Part shown: in pieces, positions 25,267-38,763 of the stretch
Numbering within the stretch: position 1 is the first letter of the stretch
Layout: each line of letters starts with the position of its first letter
Source: Podarcis bocagei
Lineage: Eukaryota
Assembly (NCBI GenBank): GCA_964188305.1
Contig: OZ076894.1
Direction: 5' to 3' (one strand)
Length of the DNA stretch: 64,000 bases
Translations under genes and position numbers: made by a program
Notes under the pieces: generated by a model
Seen by the model: only the letters and a program-made list of their open reading frames with translations
Database searches by the model: none
Told to the model about the DNA's origin: nothing

Positions 25267-28081
25267 CTCCAGATAGACTACAGCTCTTTATACACCCAAA
25301 CGATGTCAATAATCACTGTGCCGTTGATCATTATTTGATGCTGACATATGAATGCTCAAGCTTCTGCAAGATCAAATATGGTAATCAAACCAAAATAGTA
25401 AAACATATGTCTATACAAGGCCAGAAACAATCATCAAGGGTTTTCCCCAGATATCTTGTACTGACAGACAAGAGTGCTTTAGAGCAGCTCTTCAGTTTTT
25501 GTAGATCTGTCATTAGAGTTCACTGTGTAGAAATTGCCAGTCATACAAAAATGCTTCTTTAGCAATTAGGTCTCTGAAGAGCAGTTTGCTTCGTCTAAAA
25601 AAATAAAAGCCCACACATCCATCTTCCTTTCAGACAGTTGCGAGGAACCCAGCAATATAATGTGACATGCCGCTGTTTTCCATCAGGCACCAAACACAGT
25701 GTCACTTTCCAGCCAGTACTGAAACTACTGTGCTGAACATACTGAATATGCTTTTCTGGGGTTGTGTTCTATTGTTCTTGGAAGTGTTAGAGTGGGTCAC
25801 TTCCGTTTTCTTTTCTTTTTTTAAAGAGACTTATTAATAAAATAAATGATTTTCCATTTACTGTGACTTGGAGTGTATTCTCCATATTTGTCCCATTGGA
25901 TACTGTTTTCCACACCGTAAATGCTACAAAAATATTTTGTTGCGCATAAAATTTTGAAAAGCCCAGTTAATTACACCATTTAAAAACCTTGCTTTGTAGG
26001 GTTGCCAACCTGGGAAGAGGGAATGGTTTCCTGTTTTGCCATTCAAGAGCAGCCTGATTCATAGAAATTGGGAGTTGAAGCTTTTGCCACTTGCTGATAT
26101 CTGCCAATCAGATCTCTATTAAAGGCAAGCTGCAAAGGCCAATACAAATGTTGGCATTCCTGCTGCCTAGATATCCCTAACCCAGATGTACTTTTATGTC
26201 ACTAGGTCCCTTCGTCTTGGGAATACAAATTATGATTTTCAACCCTCTCCATTTCAGTTTCCTAAAATTAGCAGGGATTAAGCCTGCCAGCAACCCTTCC
26301 ATTCTCGATAAGATTGCCAAGTACTGGACACATTTTGCAAGGGAAAGCAGCTACTGTTATGACGCTCCAAATGCCATCTGGAAGTCTGATTAGTAAATGC
26401 TCACGTCCCTGCATTTCCTTCCTATATTTTCTCCCTTGAGTTTTAAGGAGAATTAAAAGAGGAGGTGCTGCAAGCCACACCCAACCAATTGGCTTTTTAG
26501 AGAACTTTGAAGGAAATGACATTCAATTTGTGTTGCATCTGAGCATTACGAGCTAGGCAGTTTCATAAACAAAGTAATTATGAGTTTGGGTGACATTATT
26601 ATCTATGACACTTTGGATTAGACCCAGCCTGGGAGGGGGTGCGCAACTCAGAAGGTTGTTATGTTATATAAGGCCAGCTTTTCCTTTAGTTTGGGACAGA
26701 TAGGAAAGAGCAAAAACAAAAAACCATTTGGTCTGTGCTTAATGGATTGTTTGGTTGTATATGTGGTTTAATTGGTGTTCTGAGTTTTAAATGTTGCAGT
26801 GCAGCATCAAAATTACATTGGTCAAGCTAAATTGTTAGCTAACTTTTGTTTTGAGCAATGGAGGCTTCTGACTGTATCCTTCTGGTCTCCAGAGAAGTTT
26901 GAGGGTGAAGAAAGGACATGATGTATGACCACTGGCAGCCTTCAAACATCAAACAGAATTGGGGCCGTATTCAGCCATGTTTCTATCCAGAGTAAGTAAG
27001 CCATGTCCATTAATTGCAATGGGCATGACTAACACTGGCTATGACCTGTGGTTGTTTCACAGACCAATCTTATGTTTAGTATGCCACAACAGGACTTTGT
27101 GAGGGAGTGAGAGGAAAGTGAATTGTGCCACCTCAATGTACAGCTCATGGCTCAGCCTTCCCTCACTCACAACAATTAGTAGGGAAGGGAAGACTTGTTG
27201 TGACTGTAATCTTCACTTCCCACTTGCAGGTGAACACCATGTATTCAGTGACTATTAATTCTGCTCCATGGATCCAGCAGAACATGTGCATTCAGGAAGG
27301 ACTGGAGTGACTGGCATTTGCCAACAGAGAGCTTATTTGTGTGCACAGATGAGTCCATTTTCCCTGGATATGAGAGCTGTTTCACCCCACTGTTGAGAGA
27401 TGGGGAGTTTGAGAACAATGCAGTTATGTTGAGATGAAGTGTTCACATATAGCAGCAGTGGCTAACCTGTGGCCCACAGGCCAGATCCAGCCCACCAAAC
27501 CACATAAGGTGTCCCACCAGCCTTTGCAACTTTATCTTGCAATCTCATTGGGTGATAAAGTTTTCTGTTCTTTAGAGAGTGATTTTTAAAGAACAGGCAG
27601 ATTTCTTTGTCTCCCAGTCATAAAAAGTATTCTAGCTGCCCTTGAACATTCCTCTCTAAAGGGCAGCCAGAGGGATCATCTATCTACAATCTCAGCACTA
27701 ATCACCACAGTGCTGAGATATGAGAGAAGTCCAATCAGGAACTAAAAGATGCTTCTGGCAGCCCTTTAGAGAGGAACTCTAAAGGGCAGTCAGGGGGTTC
27801 TTTTATCATCAATTTTAGAAGCACAACAGTACTAAGATCAGATAAAACAACAACCCATCTACTCCTTAAGAGTAAAGAACATGCACATGCTTCTGCATGG
27901 GTGCTTGTGTCTGAGAGTGTAAATATGAGTGTTGCTGGCACTGTGTGCGCGCATGTAAGATAGAGAGTTCTGTGAAACTATATGTGCTCTGTTTGTGTGT
28001 GCTGCATGTGTTGTGAATGTGCAACTATTGTGAGTGTGAAAAATGTTTAGAAGTAAGGCACTGGAGAGAGCAGCAGCTATT

Positions 28082-28702
28082 TGTTATGTGTCGGAATGCC
28101 AGAGTTTTGTGGGTACAAGGCACTCATAAGTCTTAGAAAGAGTAAAAGTCAAAATTAAAGTTTTATTAAACTGTGCCAAACATGGAAATTCCTGAGTTTA
28201 CCTTATGCTAGCAAATCTAGCCAGGCTGGCAGGGCTAGCTGAGTGCAAGCCATTAAGAAACAAAGAACAGTGATGGCCCATCATGGAACCCATTAAGAGA
28301 GAGTGAAGACAAGGAGGGGAGGGGTTCCTCCTCCAGCTGTGTGTTGGTGGGCAGAGACAGGGTGGATGACATTAGTGAACAGGAGGGAAGGTGTCAGTTT
28401 TGCAAGCGGTTTGGCAAGCAGAGAAGAGAGGGCTGTAGAGACTGACAGTGGCAGGCTGTGGAAAAGGAGGCAGAAACATGGCTTTTTGCCATTCTTTGAA
28501 TCCAATGCTGCGCTTATGGAGGACTCCATACCTGCTTTGGTTGTGAATGCTCTGCAAGCCCTTCATCTTGGCTCAGGTTGTATACGAGAGTAAATAAACC
28601 ATAAAGACACCACAGTCTTTATGCCTCATTGTCCCAAAGCAATTCAGGTGTTCTGTGGATTGCCATTTGCTCTGATTCAATAGTAAAGAGCGGGTTTTCA
28701 CA
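28082..28702 (+). mobile_element. Probable solo LTR
   Basis: TG...CA ends, purine-rich middle, 'taaataaacc' polyA signal near the 3' end; no TSD, so boundaries are approximate. Confidence 0.35.
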
Positions 28703-30509
28703 GGGACCTGAGCCTAGAAACAGGGCACAAAGGGAAGTCTGGATGAGCCCTTGGTGCTGAGTTACACCACATTCTATGAGTCTATCCTCTATCATGGTGA
28801 CATGGGCAATGTGAGACTAACTAATTCCAACCCCACTTTTGAAGTGAATGGGTGGAAGATGTCCTCTTCTTGGCCTGGCGCTGTGCAGTCAAGCTGCACT
28901 GTTGATGGGAATGTGGTCAGTGATTGAAGTTGTATTGTGTACACCTCTCCTGTGCCACCATGCCCCTGCTGATATCTCTGCACTTTTTCAGCCATTCTTC
29001 CAGTGCCTCTTTGCTTACAGAACAGCCCTGGCAGTGAAGTGCTCTGCCAGTATATCTAGAGCATTCCACCATGTTTCTGGGGCTTTGTCAGCGAAGCAGG
29101 GCTTCCTCCAAACCCTGCAACTCCTCAGCCAGCAAATCTTCAGTATGTGATTGCTCCCTTAGAGAAGCGAAGTTTTACTACATTGTTACTGCAGCATGAG
29201 CTCTCTCAGGAGGAGAATCCATGATTAATCACAATGAAAGTTGATTCCTTAAGTTGGCGATAGTAAATGTGTATTATATACGCTTTTGTTATCTTACATG
29301 TCAGTTTACAGTATATAGGCCTCTCCTGAGTACCCAATAATTAAATTTTCTTTTCTTTTTTTACACATAAAGCGCCCAAGAGACACTGGGCAGCTGAAAA
29401 TCATTTGAGAAAGTAATCAAATTTATTTTAACTTCCCATTATTCAATCTACTATGGGATTCGAATTTGTTCCAAGGCTGAAACAGACAAGAGACAAGCAG
29501 AATATCCTGCTGAATGAGTTCTAAAGAATGGATCTTGCACCAGTAAGAGCCTTTGGAGGACTGGAGTCAGATGCTTTAGCTTGATGACATTCACAGTGTT
29601 TGTGTCAATGATGGATACATTCTTTTAACCACCTGCAGGTGATGAAGCTCCCAAATCAGGAACCTTGTTTTTCATCGCCAAACCTATATGTGTGTATTTT
29701 GGAGCCCAGCCTAATTGTAGCTTTCATCGCTTTCACACTATTTCAGTGGTGCTGAGAGTAAATTTGTTATGGCTGGCACCCAAAGGATTTTACACTGTAA
29801 ATCTTGAACTCATTTATTAAAGACCTGCTTTGCCTTTCATTAGGGCCTTGTTTGCTTATGCTGAAGTACAAATATAGACAATGGTTTGGAATGATTGTGA
29901 TCTTGGGATGCCTCAGATTTTGTGATCCATGCCTAGTGAATTCACCCTTAGTTTTGCGCTCAGCTTGCGGAACAAGCAACACAAAGCATGGCAGCTGTCT
30001 GGAGCAACAGCACAAAATGTGTTGCACCATTTGTGTGGGCAAGTTGATCCTGGCTTGAGTGTCGGCAAAGGAAACCAAGTACTGTAGGAGGTTCAGACAT
30101 GGAGCAAAAAGCTATCATTGGCTGCTAGTGGTGATTGCGGTTTACTACATGCACTATCAGAAACAGCATGCCTCTTAATACTAGTTTCTGCAGAACATTA
30201 GTGGTAAGAGTCCTGTTTGTGGGCTTCAGTAGGTATCTGATCAGCCACTGTGAACTTAACACAACAGTGAACTTAATGCAACCTGTTGGATTGCTCTGGA
30301 GGAAAAAATCCACTGCCTTACCGTTGTTTAATAGTGGGGCAGTTGCATCACTTAAGAACATGTTATAATGATTTTAGTGTGCCAATTCTTCCCTCATTAT
30401 ACACCTTGATGGTCTTCCCTTGCAGTGCTGGGGAAAAGGATCCATGCCACAAGAAATGTGTGACCCCAGCATTGTAACCTTCTACAAGAACAGAGGTGAG
30501 CACCATGAT

Positions 30510-31030
30510 TGTGACAATTACCTTATGTCCTGAACCCCTGGCTTAGCTGGCAGCAAGTCAGTATGTCAGGTCCAAAGTTTTAAGCCCGGAGTTCAGTCCA
30601 CACAAGCAAAGTCCAAAATCCAAAGGTCAGGAAACACAGTCCAAGGTCAATACAAACGGCCAAGTCTGAAGTCCATCAGTCCAGAATCAAACCGAAAGCA
30701 CAGTCCCATAGAGGTTTAGGTGCATCCAAGCCCAAGGTCCACCAACATGGGCAGTTGAGCAGACACAGCACCTCAGCTGTACTTTGCATGCTGATTGCAG
30801 CATCTGGGCTTGTGAGGCATGAGACCTTCACCTGTTCAAAGCCTTCTCCAGTTGAGTAATTACACACTTTCTCCCAGAGCTAGCGATCCTCACCTGGCCA
30901 GCTAGAGAGCTGGGCTGTGGGCCCTTGACTGCCTCAGCCTCCTAGAGTGCCACTCCCTACACCTCAGAGTCGACCATGTTCATGGGGACTGGGGCCCCTC
31001 TGGCTCTGGTGATGGGTCCTGCTGCTCTGG
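30510..31030 (-). mobile_element. Possible Gypsy-type LTR remnant
   Basis: Iterated agtcc/aggtc motifs like those of reptile Gypsy LTRs read antisense; boundaries uncertain. Confidence 0.3.
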
Positions 31031-31826
31031 TTCCTGTGCATGTACACCATCTTTAGCTCCTTGGATAAAAAGGTGAGATAGAAATTCAAACAAAAAAACA
31101 AACAGTCGTACCTACCATGTAGCAGAAAAGGCAGAAAAGAGGCCCCACTTTCTGTTTCCATCACACTCTTATGTGGCTGTTGAGCAGAACTGTCATGAGT
31201 GAGGAAGGACCTGTTGTCACTGGTCCTGGCCAGTGCAAGGTTGGAAAACTCAGACACTTGATATGATACATTTGCAAGTATCAATTGCAAAATCAAAGGA
31301 TTTGTATGCTCAATGTTTGTTCTGCAGTTCAGTTGTTATAATATGCTCCAATCTTATTTTATGCTGCTGTTTTTAATTCTAATTGGTAGTATCAATTACA
31401 TTCTCATTATTTTTTATTATATAATGGTTATTGTTTAAATTGCCGTAAGGTGCTTTGAGTGGAGTTACGGAGGAAAGTGTTGTATCAATGAAATAAGCAG
31501 GAAAAGTGCCTTTCCCTTCAAAATATTTGCATGTGGAAGCTTGAACCTCTCTTGGCCTTTGCTTGCAAGTAGTTTGAAGGAGAAGCCATGTATGAAACAT
31601 GTGTGCCCTTCAGATCTGATGTGATACATGTTGTGTACTTGCTCGGTAAGTACTTGCTTACAGAATATACCCTGAGAAGTGGCCCTTAATGTTCAGATTT
31701 ACCAGTACATGATAGAAAGTAGGGTGGAATTTAGCCATTGGCCAAAGGCACTTGGGGACTCCTGAACTTTTTTGGTAAAGAAAGAAAATACATTTTCTAG
31801 TACATCTGGGATAAACTTCTTATATC

Positions 31827-31943
31827 AGCCTGCATAGCCCAGTTGGTTAGAGTGTGGTGCTGATAATGCCAAGTGAATATTCCTGCCTTGCAGGGGGTTG
31901 GACTAGATAATCCTCAGGGTCCCTTCCAACTCTATGATTCTAT
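31827..31943 (+). mobile_element. tRNA-Ile-derived SINE with CR1 tail (POM-SINE-like), B-box deleted
   Basis: Head 'tagcccagttggttagagtgtggtgctgataatgccaag' and tail 'gggggttggactagat...ggtcccttccaactctatgattctat'. Confidence 0.75.
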
Positions 31944-33239
31944 CTTTGTTCTGCCCAGATACCAACAGCCCTCAGGAAAGTGGATGTGTGTTTAGGTGGA
32001 TGCACAGAAGCTTTTAGGAGCCACGGAACAATTTTCCTGGTGATGCTCACGTAGGGGTGGTAATGTTTAAAGCAGCCCTCAGTTGCTGTCATATTCTCAA
32101 CTGTACTTGTTGAAGTAGCCTTGTGGAATTTTCTTCTTGGAAGCCTGATATTTCCCCTCCTGCAGGACTTGTTCTTGGTGATTGTATAACCAAGCACACT
32201 GGCAGTTTAAGGCACAAAGTTGTGGGTTGCTGGTGAGTGGAAGTAAAATAAAAAAAAACCACCACCCTGGAATTCAATATATAGTGCAAGACTGAGCTGC
32301 CTGAGAGGAATGAATGGAGACCATGTCCAAACCAAAAGTATCTGGACCCTCGGAGGCCTTTGGAGAAGAGATTATCCTCATTATAGTTCTTTGCTGGAGC
32401 CAACAATTTCCTCTACGCTAGATTGAGATGTGCAAGATGACCCCCATAAATCTGGCAAAGAGTTACAAAAGACCTGCCAAAGGGTAACTGGAAGGAACAA
32501 AGTAGGAAATATAATTACTATTACCTTCAAATCACAGAAACAGATTTTAAGCAGTTACTGGTATAAAAAACAACTTTCAAAGGAAGCACTTTTTTGAAGA
32601 AGGGAAAAAAAGAAAAAGATTATAAGGTCACCACATGTTCCTAAGAACTTAATTTATCATCTTTCACAGCATAATTTAACATGGGTTAGTTAACTTAAAC
32701 CACACTCATAACTACACTCGTGCTCTTAAAACAGGGTAGTTACAAATGTGGTTGAAAGGACACTGTTTTTTACTCTTCCTAAGCCCATAAAGACGGAGTG
32801 GAGGGGGGATGGCTTTAATATATGTGAGTGAAACAAGCTTCATTGATCAGAAGAGCAAACTGCATCAGCCTGGGACTGTGAGAATCCTCTCCAACATCCA
32901 CTCATGTAGGGAAATGGTCCGCCTTACGCGAACAAAAAGGATGCATAAATTAGTATTCAGAACTGACCTTGAAGAATAGTGTGTGAGCAGTTGCCAAACT
33001 TCCTAAGGCTCATGCTCACATGAGCAAATGTAATATATGAATTGAGCAATTAGAGATTAAGCTGGCAACAATTACTGTGCTCACAGCAGGTATTTTTCCA
33101 GATGCCATGATCCAAGAATTGCACTGGACATATCCATGATTGCTCAATTAGCACATTTTAGTCTGCGCAAATGCATACTAAAACAAAAGGCTGCTTAAGC
33201 AAGAAAAAAAAAGTGAGCTGGCTCTGAGTGATTTGAGAT

Positions 33240-34000
33240 GGTGAATCATATTTATGATTCAGATATTTATATAAAATTAAAACAGGATGGAAAATGACCT
33301 CCTAAATGAAAGAACTGATGGAAGTTAGAACTTTATTTTTTAAAGGAAGGAAGGAAGACTGTGGTAGTCATTACAAGTAAATTTACAGAGGGATTTATGG
33401 GGTGCTATTAATCCCCCAACATTTTCACCATTATAGTTGACATAGCAATGCATGATTTCCCCTGTTATTGGGGCAGCTGCTAGAAAGTTTAATCCTCAGG
33501 TAGGTGGCTTCAGCCTTATAAATGGAAGATATGACGGAAGGTTTCTGCAAAATAATGTTGCAGTCATTGTGCCAATTCGAGTTCTCGTGGCAGGGGAGGA
33601 TTTCAACATGAAGGCATTTCCATGTTTTAAATTATTAGGATCTGGTAGATAAGCCGAGTTACAGTTTGGCACATAGACAGATTTATTTAGGATGATAACC
33701 ATATATTATGAAGGCAATAAATGTTGCATTAAACCAAGGAAAATAGTTTATCTTGGGACTGAGGTGTAAAAATAAATCATCTTAAGCATATCAGTAGCGT
33801 TTTTGCCAAGGGGATTTATAGATGATAAGGTCGTAAGACTTTTAAAAAATGTTTTATTTATTGCTAGTACAATAGACTCTCAAAAGACCGTGGTTTTGCA
33901 ATAGTAAATTATTTCCTTCACACTGAGATCTTGGAAATTTTTAAAAAGAATTTGCTCGCAGGGCGCTCTGCCTTTTTCATTTGACAATTGCCATTAAAAA
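33240..34000. promoter_or_regulatory. Candidate conserved enhancer with clustered homeodomain motifs
   Basis: TE-free block containing GGATTTATGG (33391), TAATCC (33409, 33490), CAATAAA (33715), GGATTTAT (33812), GATAAG and GTCGTAA (33824-33836), TGACA and CCATTAA (~33982-33997). Function is inferred only. Confidence 0.4.
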
Positions 34001-37000
34001 TAGAAGATTTGAAAGCATAGGCATTTGGACAGAAATGTCTTATTTTGCTCAAAACAGCAGGAATCTCCAGTCACCCTTGGCTGTAATCCAAAGTCCTGTT
34101 CCTCGGGTTGTGGATTCACTGCTGCAACCAACTCCCTGATGCTTGCAATGGTCAGGGCAGAAGGTGAGGTGGAGGGTGGATACTTTTAACTTGTTTTGCT
34201 ACTCTGTTTCTAGGTTGGCACAGCAGAGGTGTCCACATCAGGTCACACTCTGGAAAATGGGCTGGTTTGGATCCAGTAGCTCCATAACCAGGCCTGATCC
34301 ACCCATACCCAGTAACCCCTCATTTGGTGGGCTTGCATTGATTACCACCAGCGGTAGCACGTGGTTCACCATGCTTTCATCATGCATGGCATTATAACCA
34401 AACCAAGAATTATGGTTTACCACGCTGTGAAGTTTTTTAAGTTGGCTTCCTGGTCATGGTTTGAGTGAAACTAACCATAGTCTCTGGCCTGGATGTAACA
34501 CTAAGCCAGGAATTGTGGGTTGTTGCTCATACTAGGGAAGCAGCCATTATGTTCAGTAAACAACTGGTTATGGTGAATGCACTCAATGTGTACTGCAGGT
34601 GTGGACATTTTGCCTCTAGCAGCCAAAATGGGGGGGGGGGTAACCCCGATATAATGCATACTGTGCTGCTAGGATGTGCCTTGCATTGTTTCCGACATCT
34701 CTTTCATATGAGGCATAAAACTGTTCTGTACACCCAGGAATTTCTTTCTTGGATCCTCCAAACAGCCATTTCTATGAAATGGAATCCCAGCATCAAGGGG
34801 TTTATGTGTGAAAATAGGTTTCACTGCCAAAGGGAAATTCCTTGGAGGATTTTGTGTGCTTTACAGAGCTCTAGTTTGGGTTATAAAGTGACCTGTGCTA
34901 AATCAACAATTTTGATTGGAGGACCCATATTCAATACAGTTCATTTCTTGTTGCTCCAGACTAAGTAATTTCAAGGGCCGGATTTTGTGTGTGGGTTTCT
35001 GTTAGAATATATTGTTAGAGTATTGTTTGTCCTGATTCTAGTGCCTGAGCAGAATAGGGCAATGCAGAGGATAGATTTACACAAATATCTTGCTTTATGT
35101 TGAAGGCACACATTTGGCAAAACTTCAGACGCTGGCCAGGAACCTTTCTTACATTGCATTTTCATGCATTTTTAGCATCAGTTTACACATTACAGCTGTG
35201 AAGAGGAGGTTGTGCTAAATTGTTCCATATGGTGGCTGTCATCATGTGGTGAGCCATTTGTAAGCATTGTTTATCCATGCAGATGCAGACCCATTTGCAG
35301 TGGCATGGCTGCAACCAAATACCAAAATAGCGGTGGAGTTATTTGCACAGTTGCAAATGATGTGCCTAGTTTAAATATATATATTAAATAGCAGCCTCAC
35401 CCCTTCCCCAGTTAAGATCAGCACTGTGACAAGTATCAACCATTTTTGCCAAACAGTGGTATAGTAATGGAAATTTTCTCTCAACCCCACCCCTGCCACA
35501 AAGGCTGCTCTTTGCTCCAGGGAAGAAGACTCCATTGGTGGACACATACATAGTACTCCAATTCTCTTGCTTACCTGCTGACAGTGTCATAAGTAGCAGA
35601 GCATTTGAACCCAGGAAAGCTGTCAAATCCAGCTTGAGTGTCATTGAACCAGTTCTTTCAACAACTAAGGAGAAAATTGTGATCTGTTCCCCCTGCCCTG
35701 CTTCACCTCCCATAGATGAAAAACAGTATCATTGGCCACACAAACTATTTAAACAACCAGATCCCAGCCACACACAGAATATGAATGCTATACTGTGGAT
35801 ACTGCTTTCCAGATGGCTTCCAGTATATGTTTTTGTCCACATTTTGCTTCCTTTCCCCCAGTCCTTCATTCTTGTCAGCTGCACACTGCGTAAGATAAGT
35901 CTGCCACATCTGTATTAGATAAAAGCAGTGGAAACAGAAACAATGCTGTATCATTCTCACGAATGTGTAAAGCATAAGACATATGACTTAGAGTTATCAA
36001 AACGGGCAAATTCTTATCACATTTATTTATGATTTACCACCTATCCAACAACATAAATGAGAGCATTGCCACATAAATATTTTTCACAGGGAGATGCTAT
36101 CACATAATGATTTCTATTACATTTCCTCATGTTGTAGACCAGGAATTGCCAGTGTTATGTCCACAGGTGCCAGTGTGCAAACCAGTACTTCCGATGGCAC
36201 CTGCAAAAGGTCTCAGTAGATATACCTTCAAAATAAGCAATATATAAAATACTAACAAATAAAATCAACTTAAAACCAAAAAATAAATAAAAGAATAAAC
36301 TCCTAAGATATCCATCTAACAACACAATAAGAAGGGCAAGCCCTACCCCACCCCCTAAAAGATGAGCATCACATTAAAGGCTAGCTTAGCTACCAACAGT
36401 CTGAGTCAATGAAATGTCTTAGCCTGGCATCTAAAGACGGACGACGATTGTGGCAGGTTTGTTTGACTGAGAAGCGCATTCAATAAATAGGGAGCCACCA
36501 GTGTAAAGGCCCATTCTCACCCTCTGCACTTCCCTCAACTGAGGGAAGGGACTGTGATGAAGACCACAGGATTTGGGCTGGTTTATGTGGTGAGGGAAGG
36601 TACTTGAGGGGGTTTGGGGGTTTTTTTGCTTTGTTTTTTGCTTTTTTAGTGCCTATTTGAATGGGAGGGAACAAGATAAATCTAGCTGTGTTGGAAGAGT
36701 AGGATTTGTTTGTTTGTTTCTTTGTTTATATACTCTGCCTTTTCCCCTGATGGGACTCAAGGTGGTTTACAGATAAAGCCAAGGACTGCTAAAAGGATAC
36801 AAATTATTATAATGGGACCTCATGAGTCCTGAGAATTCACAGTAGTTACAGGACCCAGAATCTTATAGGTATGTGACACTGCCACCTCCTTCCTGCTTTC
36901 TGCCCCCCACAACACAGCTGGATATGTTTGGAGAACCCTGGTGGCTAATGTGGCTTCCTGGAATTGAATGACTTTCTCCCATGGACTGTAATACACCTGC

Positions 37001-38634
37001 CTCTCCTACCCCATGTGCAAATAGGCTGACTTGTGCCTTTCTAAAGGATGGCTGTGTTGGGATTTTTGGGTTTTTGAAACCTCAAAGAATTCAGATTTAG
37101 TTTCCACCAGCACACAATCACCCGTTCATTCAATTTGGATGGGCAGCTAGTCTGCATGTTAAGAAGCAGCAAAAGGTGGGTGGGTGAGTCACTCTTGCTC
37201 CTCCTATCTGCACTTGTAGTCAACACATTCATGGGTCTGCACCACACAATATGCACTAGATCTCACTGTGTGTAGGACTCATCCTCCTTGCCATGGGGAG
37301 AGATTTACAAGCCTACCTTCGCAAGTTGCCCAGAAGCACAAAAAGGAACTGTCAGTAAATCACACACCTGCCTATTGCTCCAGTTATCACAGTGTAAATA
37401 TAAAACCTGTCTATGTAATGAACGTGTTATCAGATGTTGTGCTTACCCTAGCCAGGCAGTTCAATGAGAGACCTTCTAATTATCTATAGTAAAGCATGCA
37501 CTGTTGAAAAGTCTGAACAAAACAGATTATAGAGTATAATAAGGTGAGCCAAATTCTAATCCCTGTAAAGCCATCAACACAATTCCCATGAACTTTACTG
37601 GGACCATAATGATATAAGTATGGCAAGCATCCAGATGCACTACTGATGGAGTGTATTGACAATTGACCTCTGTGGTACAGAAACATCTCTGTTTCTATGA
37701 AGCATAGAAACATGGCAGCTGTATTGTAAATAATGCATTCCCTATGTACAGACACTGTCAATATTGGCGTTCCTGTTGGACCCTCTTGGAATTCGAGGCA
37801 ATGAATTATAATTTATAAAAGTGCAGAAGATGACACTTGGCAGTGGACAACGGTGTATTGCTGTTATTTTCCACAGTTCATTGGAAAAATATCTATAATG
37901 TGTTTGACCCAATGTAACTTTACCCAAAATATAAACACACTTTGTTGTCATGGGGAACATTTTTCATTCACAAGGATGAAAAGCACATGGAACAAAAGAT
38001 ACACCAGTTTAAAAGTAAGCACAAAAATGCTATAACAAACACTATTTCATTCAATAAATCAAGCAAATTGCCAGACAGACAAACCTATTCCTTTCTGGGT
38101 ACTTCAATGAAAGCAAGCGAGTTTTGCAAGGAAGCTCTTTTTTTGTTTCTCTTATTTCTCATCCAGCTGGCAATAAGGCCAACTGTAAGTGGTATGCAAA
38201 CAGAAAGCTCAGATGAGCTAGTTCCAGCCAGAGTCGACCACTGGCAATGTTATGCCTTTTATTTTACTCGGTGATTCTTTGACATTCCTACATTTAGAAA
38301 TGTATACTGCATCCTGCCCAAATATTTGGTAGGCTTTCCTGGGATGTGTGCCTGGCATTCAATTGTAGGACATCATCAAGCCAAAGTTAAGCACGTTTTA
38401 GTCAAAGTTAGTCACACTGATTTCAGCGGAAGAGATTTAGGCACATGCGTAAATCTCTTTGTTAAACAAATAGGATTTTTGAAGGTTATCCATTTGTCTA
38501 AATTGTGCCCCATATTTGCACTTTGCTATTAATGCACAGTTGATGAGTGTGAGGATCTTCCCATTTTTTCAACTTGGAGTGGGGGTGTCACGCTAGGTTT
38601 GCAGAGCGTAGATGATGTCATTCTGTAGAGGGCC

Positions 38635-38712
38635 ACGTTTAATGTTTTATTATGTATGTAGGAAGTAGCCCAGAGTGGCTGGGACAACACAGTCAGATGG
38701 GTGAGGGTATAA

Positions 38713-38762
<50 letters not shown>
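38635..38762 (+). mobile_element. L2-type 3' tail ending in (AAT)n
   Basis: 'gcccagagtggctgggacaacacagtcagatgggtgagggtataaaataataat...'; same family as the inverted fragment at 2750-2860. Confidence 0.7.

Positions 38763-38763
<1 letters not shown>

Noticed and set aside
24904-25562. GC-rich ORFs or CpG island as a host first exon
   Set aside because: The GC-rich part is bounded exactly by TIRs and an 8-bp TSD; open frames are expected at this GC content.
31827-31875. tRNA gene
   Set aside because: Partial tRNA-Ile-like head with no T-arm/B-box, fused to a CR1 tail, so it is a SINE. The same applies to the heads near 19250, 42335 and 46130.
34465-34968. 167-aa ORF (and similar 100-140 aa ORFs at 8262, 9857, 35535, 52689)
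   Set aside because: No recognisable domain or coding-like composition; consistent with chance ORFs. Small host exons elsewhere cannot be excluded without alignment.
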